64,000 bases of DNA from Candidatus Saccharibacteria bacterium RIFCSPHIGHO2_12_FULL_41_12 (lineage in GTDB: Bacteria > Patescibacteriota > Saccharimonadia > Saccharimonadales > 2-12-FULL-41-12), in the NCBI GenBank assembly GCA_001790445.1, contig MGCQ01000001.1:187157-251156 (forward strand), in the 5' to 3' direction. Below, piece by piece: positions 53,481 through 62,124 of this stretch. The position numbers and the translations under genes were made by a program. How positions within the stretch are numbered: the first letter of the stretch is position 1; each line of letters opens with the position of its first letter. The notes beneath the pieces were generated by a model. The model saw only the letters and a list, made by a program, of their open reading frames with translations, did no database searches and was not told where the DNA came from.

Positions 53481-54557
53481 CTAAGCGCGCACCAATAGAA
53501 GTTCTTGCTTGGGTAACGGATAATATCTTTCTGTCGGTTTGAAACTACCTCCTTGTTTGAAATAGCCATCAACATCAGTCATTATTTGGTTTGCAATCGC
53601 TTCTGCAAATTTTACAGGAACTGCGTTACCTATCATTTTGTAACCATCTGAAATATTTGTGTATACGAATTGAAAATCATCTGGAAATGTCTGGATTCTA
53701 GCGCATTCACGAACACTCAATCGCCTATAAAGTGATTCTTTCCCTTTCACAAAAATCTGTTTATTTTCACCAACCTTCATCATCTTTGGCGCATCTGGGT
53801 GTATTGGTGCATGTCTACCACCTGCTTGTATAGTGAAGGATGGTTCATCCCAGGATCTAACTCTATTGCGCGACATGTATATTGTAGAGAAACCACCATT
53901 CATATACTCATGGTTAGGAGTTTCCAATTTATTTCCATGGGTCTTATTTTTATCTTTTGCAGGTTCTGCTGTTTTTCTCAAATCCCAGATGGAATCTTTT
54001 AAATTCTTTTTGTTCTCATCAACAATCGATTCGGGAAAACTAAACTTCTTGCCAAGTTTTTTATCATAGCCAATAAAAAATACTCTCTTCCTATCTTCAG
54101 GGACACCGTAATCATACGCATTTAAGAGCTTATATGTGAAGTGATACCCAAGTTTTTCAAATTCTTCAATAATGAAATCTAAAGAATCTTTGTGCCTGAC
54201 AGAAAGCATACCAGAAACATTTTCGGCGAGAAAAAAAAGTGGTTTCTTGTCTCTTATTACTCGTATATATTCGAGGAATATTTGTCCTCTTCTGTCTCCA
54301 AGACCTCTGCCCGCCCCAGCTTCACTCCAACTTTGACAAGGTGGACCGCCAATTATTCCAATAGCGTTAGGTATTTGAGCAGATGGGATGATTCCTAAAT
54401 TTCTGTCATCTACCTCTGTTTCTGGGAAGTTTAAACGAAGTGTAGGTGTAATTGTTTCATCAAACTCGTTAGCCCATTTTAGGTGAAAGCCCGCATTATG
54501 AAAGCCAAGGTCAAGACCTCCTGCACCACTAAATAGAGATACGAGGTCAAACTTCAT
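53481..54557 (-). CDS. DNA (cytosine-5)-methyltransferase, M.HaeIII-like (probable GGCC specificity)
   Basis: 358 aa with motifs FSGAGG, PPCQSWS, ENV and GNAVP. The variable region (DKNKTHGNK..PNHEY..STIYMSRNRVRSWDEPSFTIQAGGR) closely resembles my recollection of the M.HaeIII target-recognition domain. Confidence 0.85.
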   Translation of the reverse strand: MKFDLVSLFSGAGGLDLGFHNAGFHLKWANEFDETITPTLRLNFPETEVDDRNLGIIPSAQIPNAIGIIGGPPCQSWSEAGAGRGLGDRRGQIFLEYIRVIRDKKPLFFLAENVSGMLSVRHKDSLDFIIEEFEKLGYHFTYKLLNAYDYGVPEDRKRVFFIGYDKKLGKKFSFPESIVDENKKNLKDSIWDLRKTAEPAKDKNKTHGNKLETPNHEYMNGGFSTIYMSRNRVRSWDEPSFTIQAGGRHAPIHPDAPKMMKVGENKQIFVKGKESLYRRLSVRECARIQTFPDDFQFVYTNISDGYKMIGNAVPVKFAEAIANQIMTDVDGYFKQGGSFKPTERYYPLPKQELLLVRA

Positions 54558-55428
54558 AGCTGATAATCCTTGCTTCTATTAATTTTACCGGGTTATTTGG
54601 ATCTGATATCTGAACTTTGTTCATGATCATTTTATCATCAAGCTGTGCTTCAAATTTTAATCTTGACTCTTCTGGGAAAGAAAGATATTTACTGTCAAGA
54701 AGAAGGCAATACGCGCGAAACATAGCATCTTTTCTAGACTTAGGAATAATATCTTCGAATACTACAGCCGGATTTTTGACAATCCACATACCTCTTACTC
54801 GTAGACGAGTAATACCTAATGGATCTATCTTTGGCACCACGGCTAATTCATTAGTGTCAGAAAGTTCGGTTTTATCAAAACTTTGAGATATAGCACCGGT
54901 AATTCTTTGCGCCGCTTTTTCGTAAACACCATGTTCAGCGGCAAAACAATCACCATAGATAAACCAGAGTCTTGTGAGCAACTTATCCTTTCCGACAGAA
55001 CCTACGGCATAAAATATATCCTTTTGAGTCCAGTTTTCCTTAAGAGCAAGTTCTCTGCACGTTTTATTGATTCTCGTGTCTGAAGCCAGAAGGCACGCTT
55101 TTGGTGGGGAGCTATTCAACTGAATACTCGCTGTTAATGAATCAACTTTTTTTACTTCAATTGCATCTCCATTTTTCAAGATCATATCTGGAGGGTTATT
55201 TGAATTTCCTGCATATGCGAAAACCTTAAAATGTGCCTTCTTTTTCACAGCTTTACTCTTTATTTTCAAAGTGTCTGAGAACAAATCTTTGATATAATCT
55301 TCTAGGCCTGATCCTATTTTTTGTATGCTATTGCCACTGACTCCGTCAGATACAGATAATTCTACATTTTCTTTGAGAAAAATAAGAGCATTCAGGATAT
55401 TATTTTTTGATATGTTTCTTTTACCCAT
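54547..55428 (-). CDS. Type II restriction endonuclease (partner of the m5C methyltransferase)
   Basis: 293-aa ORF directly upstream of the methyltransferase, overlapping it by 11 nt. SD GAGAGGG. No general family motif recognised, so the call rests on context. Confidence 0.6.
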   Translation of the reverse strand: MGKRNISKNNILNALIFLKENVELSVSDGVSGNSIQKIGSGLEDYIKDLFSDTLKIKSKAVKKKAHFKVFAYAGNSNNPPDMILKNGDAIEVKKVDSLTASIQLNSSPPKACLLASDTRINKTCRELALKENWTQKDIFYAVGSVGKDKLLTRLWFIYGDCFAAEHGVYEKAAQRITGAISQSFDKTELSDTNELAVVPKIDPLGITRLRVRGMWIVKNPAVVFEDIIPKSRKDAMFRAYCLLLDSKYLSFPEESRLKFEAQLDDKMIMNKVQISDPNNPVKLIEARIISYEV

Positions 55429-55553
55429 TAGCTAGCCCTCTCAAACTTAATAATAACATTTAGGAGTTATTATTTGAATCTTTTCGCCTGCTCCTGTTAA
55501 ATTTATATTTTTATATAATCATAATCTTATTGCAATATTGAACAGATAAGATT

Positions 55554-55913
55554 TTAGAATTGGCGGTTGATACGACGAAGGATTCTCCGATGAAGCCGTG
55601 GACCGGAATGTTTGTCTTTGTATTTTTTGAGCTGGTTTTTAAGATTTTCTTCTGCAATATCTATAGCCGACAATGCCGATGAGGATCTTTCATGAACCGT
55701 CAGTGTGCTTTTGGGCAACTTCATAATAACTTCACACTCAAACGTTTGCATGTCTTTGGCTTTTTTTTCTTTAATTTTTATATCTACCTGAACGCTTTTC
55801 CTAGCATCTTTTGGTATGTACGTATCAAGTCCACCGATTTTTTTCTGAACATATGCACGGACTTCGTCTGTGAGTTTGCTATGCACACCGCTTAGCTGGA
55901 TTGACTTGATCAT
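55554..55913 (-). CDS. hpf: Ribosome hibernation promoting factor / RaiA family (short form)
   Basis: 119 aa. The beta-alpha-beta-beta-beta-alpha pattern and sequence (VRAYVQKKIGGLDTY...) are typical of HPF/YfiA. Confidence 0.8.
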   Translation of the reverse strand: MIKSIQLSGVHSKLTDEVRAYVQKKIGGLDTYIPKDARKSVQVDIKIKEKKAKDMQTFECEVIMKLPKSTLTVHERSSSALSAIDIAEENLKNQLKKYKDKHSGPRLHRRILRRINRQF

Positions 55914-55944
55914 ATTTATTCTCCTAACTATTAATTTTGAACAA

Positions 55945-57174
55945 CTATTCGGTTTGTTTTAATACATCAGGCAGATTGAGATTGCCGTTTTTGTCCTGCG
56001 AATTCTCGATAATTGCTATCGGCATGCGACTAGTAACCATGGCTGTACCGTTGAGGGTATGCAGGAATTTAATCTGTCCATCTTTGTCTCTGTACCTTAT
56101 ATTCATCCGTCTGGCTTGATAATCAGTCACGTTTGAACAGCTGGTAAGTTCACGGTAGCGGCCATCCAATGGGCTAAAATATTCTATGTCATATTTTTTG
56201 TATGCAGGACCGCCAAGATCACCGCTTGCAATATTGACTACGCGATATGGGATGCCTAGTTTTGCAATAATTGACTCTTCTATTTCCAAGATTTTGGCGT
56301 GCATTTGCTCAGATTGCTCCGGCGCACAAAACACGTACATCTCGACTTTATAAAATTGATGAACCCGAAAAATTCCTTTATTGTGCTTGCCGTAAGCACC
56401 ACCCTCTACGCGGTAGCATGGGCTGTAGCCAACGTAGCAAATCGGCAGTCTGTCTATGTCTATAATCTCATCAGCAAAGTATGCGGTCAGCGGTATTTCT
56501 GCCGTTGCGATCAAATTAAGATCTTCTCCCTCAACTTTATAAATCTGTTTTTCTTCTCCTTTTGGCGCAAAGCCAGTGCCTTTGATTGCTCTGGAATTAA
56601 CTAAATTTGGCACTATCATCGGCGTAAAACCATGCTTTTCGACCTCTGCCACAGCAAACTGAGTTAGTGCCAATTCCATTTTGGCCAAATCACCTATACT
56701 GTAAAAAAATTTGGATCCTGCAACTTTGGCTCCACGTTCAAAATCAACAAAACCTCTCTGTTCAAGCCAAGTCAGATGATCAACAACCCCTTCTTTTTTT
56801 TCTGCGGAGCCTACCACTTTGATAACTTGGTTGTTTTCTTCCCCACCAATTGGCGTGTCATCTGCATGCATGTTCGGGATATCGTCCAGCAAATCATCAA
56901 ATTCTTGTTTGGCTTTTTTAAGCAAATCTTCTTCGCTTGCAAGTTCCAACTTGATCTGTTTGCCCTCATTTACCAGCGATGGGTCAGGCTTACCGCCTTT
57001 CATCTTCTCGGCGACTTGATTGCGTTTTTCTCTGAGTGCATCAACACGCTGGATCAAATCCAGACGAATCTTATCTACCTCTAGCAATTTCTTAACATCT
57101 ACCTTGATATCTTTTTCAGCAGACTTCTTGGCTACCAGCTCTGGATTCTCTCGAATAAACTTTATATCTAACAT
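55945..57174 (-). CDS. serS: Serine--tRNA ligase
   Basis: 409 aa with the MLDIKFIRENPE N-terminus, a coiled-coil arm and class II motifs. Confidence 0.93.
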   Translation of the reverse strand: MLDIKFIRENPELVAKKSAEKDIKVDVKKLLEVDKIRLDLIQRVDALREKRNQVAEKMKGGKPDPSLVNEGKQIKLELASEEDLLKKAKQEFDDLLDDIPNMHADDTPIGGEENNQVIKVVGSAEKKEGVVDHLTWLEQRGFVDFERGAKVAGSKFFYSIGDLAKMELALTQFAVAEVEKHGFTPMIVPNLVNSRAIKGTGFAPKGEEKQIYKVEGEDLNLIATAEIPLTAYFADEIIDIDRLPICYVGYSPCYRVEGGAYGKHNKGIFRVHQFYKVEMYVFCAPEQSEQMHAKILEIEESIIAKLGIPYRVVNIASGDLGGPAYKKYDIEYFSPLDGRYRELTSCSNVTDYQARRMNIRYRDKDGQIKFLHTLNGTAMVTSRMPIAIIENSQDKNGNLNLPDVLKQTE

Positions 57175-57183
57175 ATCAATATT

Positions 57184-57189
57184 ATTATA
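57184..57189 (-). promoter_or_regulatory. -10 box TATAAT 9 nt upstream of the serS ATG (leaderless-type)
   Basis: Minus strand reads AGTTATAAT-AATATTGAT-ATG. Confidence 0.4.
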
Positions 57190-57191
57190 AC

Positions 57192-57986
57192 TTACTTCTT
57201 CCCCGATTTCCCGTTGATATGACCGAGGGTAAGTTCTGTTCTAGCGCGGGCGTAGGCGCAATGTTCACATGGACCACCCATGACGCTGACCCCCACCCCT
57301 GGCATTTCTCCCTCCAAACATTCCTTCATTTTCAATAGTGTAGGTTCTATCCATGAATCGTCCCCTTTGTGGGGAAAAACATTAGTCCGAAATTCAATAA
57401 TATTTTTAAAATGTTCCTTGCTGGCATCAGCATTGGCATAAACAAAATAACCTGTATCACTAACCTCAAAACCATTTTGCCGGAGTAACCATTGATAGAC
57501 TTCCATTTGTCGACGATAAGTGTCCTGCCAGCCACCAACTGGACCAAGATCGGTAATTTCTGACGTTTTTGCTGTAGCTTTGTAGTCTACCACAATCAGC
57601 TCACCCGCGGGATTAACCCAAATATCATCGACTGCGCCAAATATTAGCAAATTTGTTGGTTCGTGCAGTGCCTGTACTCCTGTAAAATTATGCCGCCAGG
57701 TATCTAAATCTTTATGGGCATAAGGCTTAGCATCAATCTTAAATTCAGTCTGGAGTGGATGTTTTTTGCCCTCGGCGCGGTAACTATCAAATTCTTTTTT
57801 AAACAATTCATCTATGGCTTTGTTGATATTAAAAGGCGGGCTACTCGGACGTCTGATTTTCATCCTACGATCAAGCCAAAAACACCGCTGACAATTATGA
57901 AAATCCTCAATTTTTGTACGACTAATCTTGAAAGATTCTTTTTGCCCCGGTAAATATGATTTTGTGTTGCGAGTGCTCACTGCCAT
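57192..57986 (-). CDS. PD-(D/E)XK nuclease superfamily protein with a Cas4/AddB-like Cys cluster
   Basis: 264 aa with an N-terminal CQRC, the VVDYK core motif and a C-terminal CEHC. The four Cys match the Fe-S arrangement of Cas4/AddB-type nucleases. Confidence 0.6.
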   Translation of the reverse strand: MAVSTRNTKSYLPGQKESFKISRTKIEDFHNCQRCFWLDRRMKIRRPSSPPFNINKAIDELFKKEFDSYRAEGKKHPLQTEFKIDAKPYAHKDLDTWRHNFTGVQALHEPTNLLIFGAVDDIWVNPAGELIVVDYKATAKTSEITDLGPVGGWQDTYRRQMEVYQWLLRQNGFEVSDTGYFVYANADASKEHFKNIIEFRTNVFPHKGDDSWIEPTLLKMKECLEGEMPGVGVSVMGGPCEHCAYARARTELTLGHINGKSGKK

Positions 57987-57993
57987 TATATTT

Positions 57994-57999
57994 ATTATA
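57994..57999 (-). promoter_or_regulatory. -10 box TATAAT 7 nt upstream of the ATG of the PD-(D/E)XK nuclease gene (leaderless-type)
   Basis: Minus strand reads TGTTATAAT-AAATATA-ATG. Confidence 0.4.
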
Positions 58000-58075
58000 A
58001 CAGGTCAAAAGCCTCAACAGTTAGATTTACTTACCTCCTCCTAACGGGCTTACACACATATGGAAATCTTGTGTC

Positions 58076-58547
58076 GGCTTGCAAGCAAGCCTGATTTTGT
58101 TCCATTTTGAATCGACAAAACGGAACCCAAAAACCGACAGGCGGTTGAGCAGACTTGATGGGATTTCTTGTCGAGGATTACAACAGACTGTGGAACTCTC
58201 TCCCTTTGGTCGTTCAAACAGTCCTCGTCTGATAGTTGTAATCTCGACGAAATCTCTCAGGTCTGCTCAAGGCCTGACTAACAATCTGTATATTTTCTTA
58301 GAAAATATTATTAATAATCTAGCCGCTTAAGCTCCAGGCCCTTGGATAACTGATGAAATATTTCTTCAAGCAACACCATGTTTTGAGGACCAGGCTTTAG
58401 CCCGACCATAGGGAGTCCCGCAAAAACTGGGTTGATTGAAGAGATATTTCAATAATGTTACTTCAATAGCCTGCTATTTCTTTGCATACTTTCTTGTTAG
58501 TACAAGAAAGTATGGTGATTAAAGCCTGGGAGGGTTTAAGCGCAATG
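58076..58547 (+). repeat. Family-1 composite structured intergenic element, copy E (long form with X module)
   Basis: Modules present: GC hairpin 58076-58091; core helix 58146-58270 with arms 58170-58184 / 58235-58248; AT hairpin 58291-58310; X module 58385-58421; HP1 58485-58514; outer hairpin 58521-58537. Confidence 0.8.
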
Positions 58548-58564
58548 AAGCTGTTGCGGATAAA

Positions 58565-59254
58565 TTAAAGAAATTTGCTGGCTGCTACAATTGCGGCTGT
58601 TTCTGCATGTAAAGTTAACTCACCCAACTCTAGCACTTTGGCGCCTCCAGATATAAGCGTTGTGACTTCCCCGTCCATAAATCCATCCTCAGGACCAACG
58701 ATGATACCTAACTTTGAGTCCTTTTTTACCTCGGTTAGCTCTGAATGACTTTGATGACAAACCAAGAGGTTAACCTGGTCACCATATTCACTTAACACTT
58801 CTTGAATATCTATTGGACGACGAATATGCGGGATAGTTGATCGTCCACATCGCTCGCTAGTTTCAAGAGCTATCTTTTCGGCTTTAGCTATATTGAACTT
58901 TGTTTTTGCAGATCTAGCAGAAAAAATTGGCACAAAATTAGTTACACCAAGTTCTGTGCATTTTTGAATCACCAAGTCATTTTTGTCACCACTAAGTAAA
59001 GACCAAAAGAGATAAACATGCGCCTTAGGGATCTTCGGTTCTAGCTCTGTTACTAGAAGAAGATGCGCTTCCTTGGGGCTAATTTCGCCAATTTTATATA
59101 GCCTGTCATTGCCCTTGCCATCAAACAGAACTATTTCTTGACCTGCTACAAACCTAAACACTCTACCCCATTGCCACAGCAGAGCTCGGTCATGAACCCA
59201 AAAATCATGTTTTAAATCTATTTTCCCACCAATATAAAATCTATGAATTTTCAT
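58565..59254 (-). CDS. rsmE: 16S rRNA (uracil1498-N3)-methyltransferase
   Basis: MKIHRFYIGG start is typical of RsmE, with a C-terminal SPOUT knot region. ATG 59254 is preferred over track start 59290, which would overlap the upstream gene. Confidence 0.75.
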   Translation of the reverse strand: MKIHRFYIGGKIDLKHDFWVHDRALLWQWGRVFRFVAGQEIVLFDGKGNDRLYKIGEISPKEAHLLLVTELEPKIPKAHVYLFWSLLSGDKNDLVIQKCTELGVTNFVPIFSARSAKTKFNIAKAEKIALETSERCGRSTIPHIRRPIDIQEVLSEYGDQVNLLVCHQSHSELTEVKKDSKLGIIVGPEDGFMDGEVTTLISGGAKVLELGELTLHAETAAIVAASKFL

Positions 59255-59262
59255 AATGTAAT

Positions 59263-60525
59263 CTATTTTAATTCTAACACGGCTAGACACTCGATGTGGG
59301 GCGTCCGCGGGAAAAAATTATAGACTACAAAATCTACTACTGAGTACGCCCCGAGCAAGCCAATGTCTCTCATCATGGTCACAGGGTTGCATGAAAGATA
59401 CACCACAGCCTTGGGTTTCACTTCTGATATAGCGAGGGTTACGTTTTTATGAAGTCCCGCCCGTGGGGGATCAACAATTAATATTTTGTCTTTTGTGACG
59501 CATTCCAATGCCTTTTCGCCCTGGGCTTGGATAATTTTTGCTTGCATTTTACTAGTATTCACCTTGGCATATTTAATATTTACAGGTTCGCTCTCTACAA
59601 TTACCGTATCTTTTGCGCCAATTCCCACGCTGATCGTCCCTACCCCGCCGTACATGTCTATAATTGGTTGATCACCAACGTAGTGAGCAATTCTGGCTAT
59701 TGCCAGCTCAAAAACTGGCAGATTAACCTGGAAAAACCCAAGAACTCCATAAGATATATTTTTGTCATTGATAGTTTCGGTTAAAACTTCTTTTCCAAAA
59801 CTCTGTAACTTCTCTGTTGGCAAAGAAGCTGGACTCTGAGGATTAGAATAATATACAAAAAACCCTGTAAACATGTCTGGGACTACAAGTTCAGGAAAAT
59901 CTTTTATCTTAGCGAACAGACAGCCTACTACGTCGCCACTGCTGCTGGTTCTGATGATCAAGGACTTAAGATCACTAGCACGTACATTTTGCGCCTTTAG
60001 TAGCTCTACGGTGGCCGTTGCGACGATATCTATTCTGTCGTCCGCCAAAGCAGAGCCAGAAACGATATTTTTATAATGAGTTCCTCTTTTGAATAATGCC
60101 AGATGAAGTCCCTGCTCATCACCGTAAAAGCTGTATTCCATTTTGTTGCGGTAGCCATAGCTCGATGATTCATCTATATGATTGGCTACCTCAAATTCCG
60201 GCAAAGTTATATTGTGTTGAACCGCCGCGTCAATAACTAACGCCTTTTTTGAGAAAGTCTCATAATTATAATCCATAATTTGCCACGGGCTGGTAGAAAG
60301 ATAGCTTTCGGGCTCTTTGGCTTCAATTCTGTGGCTTGAGGGCTCCAAAACGTTCTGGACTATACCTTCTGCATAGGAATTTTTGCTACGCGTCAGCCTA
60401 ACCTCTACCAACTCTGTCGGCAATCCACCCCAAACAAAGATTTTTTTGCCTGATTGAAGCACTCCAAGAGCTTGCCCGCCCTGAATTAGTTTGTTTATTC
60501 TAACTTTTTCTAGTTTTTTTAGCAT
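59263..60525 (-). CDS. TRAM-domain RNA (uracil-5-)-methyltransferase (RlmD/TrmA family)
   Basis: 420 aa with an N-terminal TRAM-like OB, a SAM fold and the catalytic Cys motif YLSCNP. Confidence 0.75.
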   Translation of the reverse strand: MLKKLEKVRINKLIQGGQALGVLQSGKKIFVWGGLPTELVEVRLTRSKNSYAEGIVQNVLEPSSHRIEAKEPESYLSTSPWQIMDYNYETFSKKALVIDAAVQHNITLPEFEVANHIDESSSYGYRNKMEYSFYGDEQGLHLALFKRGTHYKNIVSGSALADDRIDIVATATVELLKAQNVRASDLKSLIIRTSSSGDVVGCLFAKIKDFPELVVPDMFTGFFVYYSNPQSPASLPTEKLQSFGKEVLTETINDKNISYGVLGFFQVNLPVFELAIARIAHYVGDQPIIDMYGGVGTISVGIGAKDTVIVESEPVNIKYAKVNTSKMQAKIIQAQGEKALECVTKDKILIVDPPRAGLHKNVTLAISEVKPKAVVYLSCNPVTMMRDIGLLGAYSVVDFVVYNFFPRTPHIECLAVLELK

Positions 60526-61511
60526 TATTTGTGCAGAGCTATGGCCAGCACGACATAAACCAAGATTTTCGTTACAAGGTCAATCCTGACAAAGTTCCTC
60601 TCGTAATATATAAAATCTTTGTTCTTACCTGATACGTAACGATATTGATTGACAGCAAATCCAACAAACCCAAGCACGACAACCGCAGACACCACATAGA
60701 CATACCAAGCCAGATTATCTGTAGCCAAGATATATGTGCCCACCGTTGCCCCACAAATTGCTACCCAAGCAACAACTCCTGTAAATAGCGATGCAATGGA
60801 AGCCAGCCAATCAGACTTTTTGCTGTTTGCGTTGTTTCTATCACTGATGAAACCTAGAACAACTGTGGCTACAATTAGTCCTGCAGACATCTTTAGAACT
60901 GCTAAATCATTTAGCCCGACCAACAGCCCGACAAAAGTTAGCGTAATAACTGATGAAATACCAAGATAAATCCACCGCGGCGCTGAAGCTTTGTTTTTCA
61001 AAGATTTTTCGTACATACCACGCTTTTTGGTCGCTGTGATTGCATAACAGACTGCAGAAATAATTAGCAAACCAACCAATACCCACCGTAGGTCAACGGT
61101 GAAAAGATCTTTGACCCCAAGAAGTTGTTGCTGTGGATTCTGAGCCAAGTAGTCTTTTGTCTGATAATAGACCGACACTGTGCCATAAAATGGTTTTATA
61201 ACTAATGCTGTTAGCACTCCAAGCAACACATAGATCAGTGCTGATGATGATACCAAACTATTTAGTTTAACTAGCTTTTCATTATCTTTGTTGCCAAATC
61301 TTGAGGCTAGTGCTGACGCCTTTTGTTTAATTACGCTAAAAATCGCAGGTGATTTCGCTCCTTCGTTGCTCACTGCGGGTGTTGGCGCTTTAGTATTTTT
61401 AGTTACTTTAGTAGTTGCCTTTTTTGCTGGGGCTTTAGTGACTTTTTTTGCTGGCTTTTTTACGGCCTTTTTTGTCGTTTTTTTGGTTGATTTATTACTC
61501 TTCTCACTCAT
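60525..61511 (-). CDS. Hypothetical polytopic membrane protein with a Lys-rich N-terminal tail
   Basis: 328 aa. About 50 aa of K/T/A-rich sequence is followed by about 7 TM helices. Confidence 0.5.
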   Translation of the reverse strand: MSEKSNKSTKKTTKKAVKKPAKKVTKAPAKKATTKVTKNTKAPTPAVSNEGAKSPAIFSVIKQKASALASRFGNKDNEKLVKLNSLVSSSALIYVLLGVLTALVIKPFYGTVSVYYQTKDYLAQNPQQQLLGVKDLFTVDLRWVLVGLLIISAVCYAITATKKRGMYEKSLKNKASAPRWIYLGISSVITLTFVGLLVGLNDLAVLKMSAGLIVATVVLGFISDRNNANSKKSDWLASIASLFTGVVAWVAICGATVGTYILATDNLAWYVYVVSAVVVLGFVGFAVNQYRYVSGKNKDFIYYERNFVRIDLVTKILVYVVLAIALHK

Positions 61512-61518
61512 GAAGACA

Positions 61519-61524
61519 ATTATA
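61519..61524 (-). promoter_or_regulatory. -10 box TATAAT 7 nt upstream of ATG 61511 (leaderless-type)
   Basis: Minus strand reads TGTTATAAT-TGTCTTC-ATG. Confidence 0.4.
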
Positions 61525-61584
61525 ACATAACCCTGTGATTCATCTTAGAACTGATCATTTTAACAACATCCTAAGGAGATAATA

Positions 61585-62061
61585 TTAGTAGTTAGAGTGC
61601 GCTCTAAATTCACCTTCTACCAGTGGGGTAGCGATTTCATCAACAATCCAGGGCAGTAGCTCATCTTGTGTTAATGGTCCGTCTACCTCTGGATCTATTT
61701 CGTGATTCACCATTAATCCTGCGAAGAACTTAACATCTTTTCCATTTCGATCAATTGCAGGATGTATTGGACCCAACAGTATTGTGTCTGTAGCATCAAT
61801 AATTTCCACAATTACACCTGTGACAATTTCACGTCTTTCAGCTTCGTCGGCCTTCATATACTGCTCACATAAAAAACCACCGGATAGCTCGGACAAGAAT
61901 CTAAGGTCGCGGTCTGCCCTATCATACGCATCTGGTGAAGCACCATCTCCAACGTTTTCAAAATCTCTGCGCATATCAGATGTCGTTATACGATTAACAT
62001 GGCCGGGGCCATCTATCCTCTTAATAATTGGGTTTTCTGGTGTTTTTGTTTTTGTTGTCAT
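61585..62061 (-). CDS. Hypothetical protein
   Basis: 158-aa acidic ORF with no recognised family. Confidence 0.45.
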   Translation of the reverse strand: MTTKTKTPENPIIKRIDGPGHVNRITTSDMRRDFENVGDGASPDAYDRADRDLRFLSELSGGFLCEQYMKADEAERREIVTGVIVEIIDATDTILLGPIHPAIDRNGKDVKFFAGLMVNHEIDPEVDGPLTQDELLPWIVDEIATPLVEGEFRAHSNY

Positions 62062-62124
62062 AATTTAACTACTACTATTATAACATTTACTGTCAACAGC
62101 TAGAAGATTAATATAAAATATTTT

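Noticed and set aside
53363-53575. A 70-aa ORF overlaps the methyltransferase 3' end and the cupin promoter region.
   Set aside because: It overlaps the well-supported methyltransferase gene in another frame and has no SD or family resemblance. The region is better explained as the intergenic promoter (TATAAT near 53343-53348 on the minus strand) of the cupin gene.
58079-58330. Similar 79-86-aa ORFs lie inside family-1 copies: 5771-6010 (minus), 11187-11447 (plus) and 58079-58330 (plus). They share ...ISCRGLQQ..EL.PFGRSNSP.L.VVISTKSLRSAQGLT.., which might suggest a small repeated protein.
   Set aside because: The peptide similarity only reflects nucleotide identity. Copies C and D have the same sequence but are closed by 1-nt length changes in A-runs (stops after about 20 codons). 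The variable tip changes length by 1 nt in D. Substitutions are compensatory across helix arms rather than synonymous. Starts are non-ATG with no SD. This fits non-coding structure better.
5627-58547. Could the repeated hairpin sequences be a CRISPR array or arrays?
   Set aside because: The repeats are hundreds of bp long, dispersed tens of kb apart, in both orientations, and not separated by regular short spacers. No cas genes are present. The only Cas4-like feature is a stand-alone PD-(D/E)XK nuclease.
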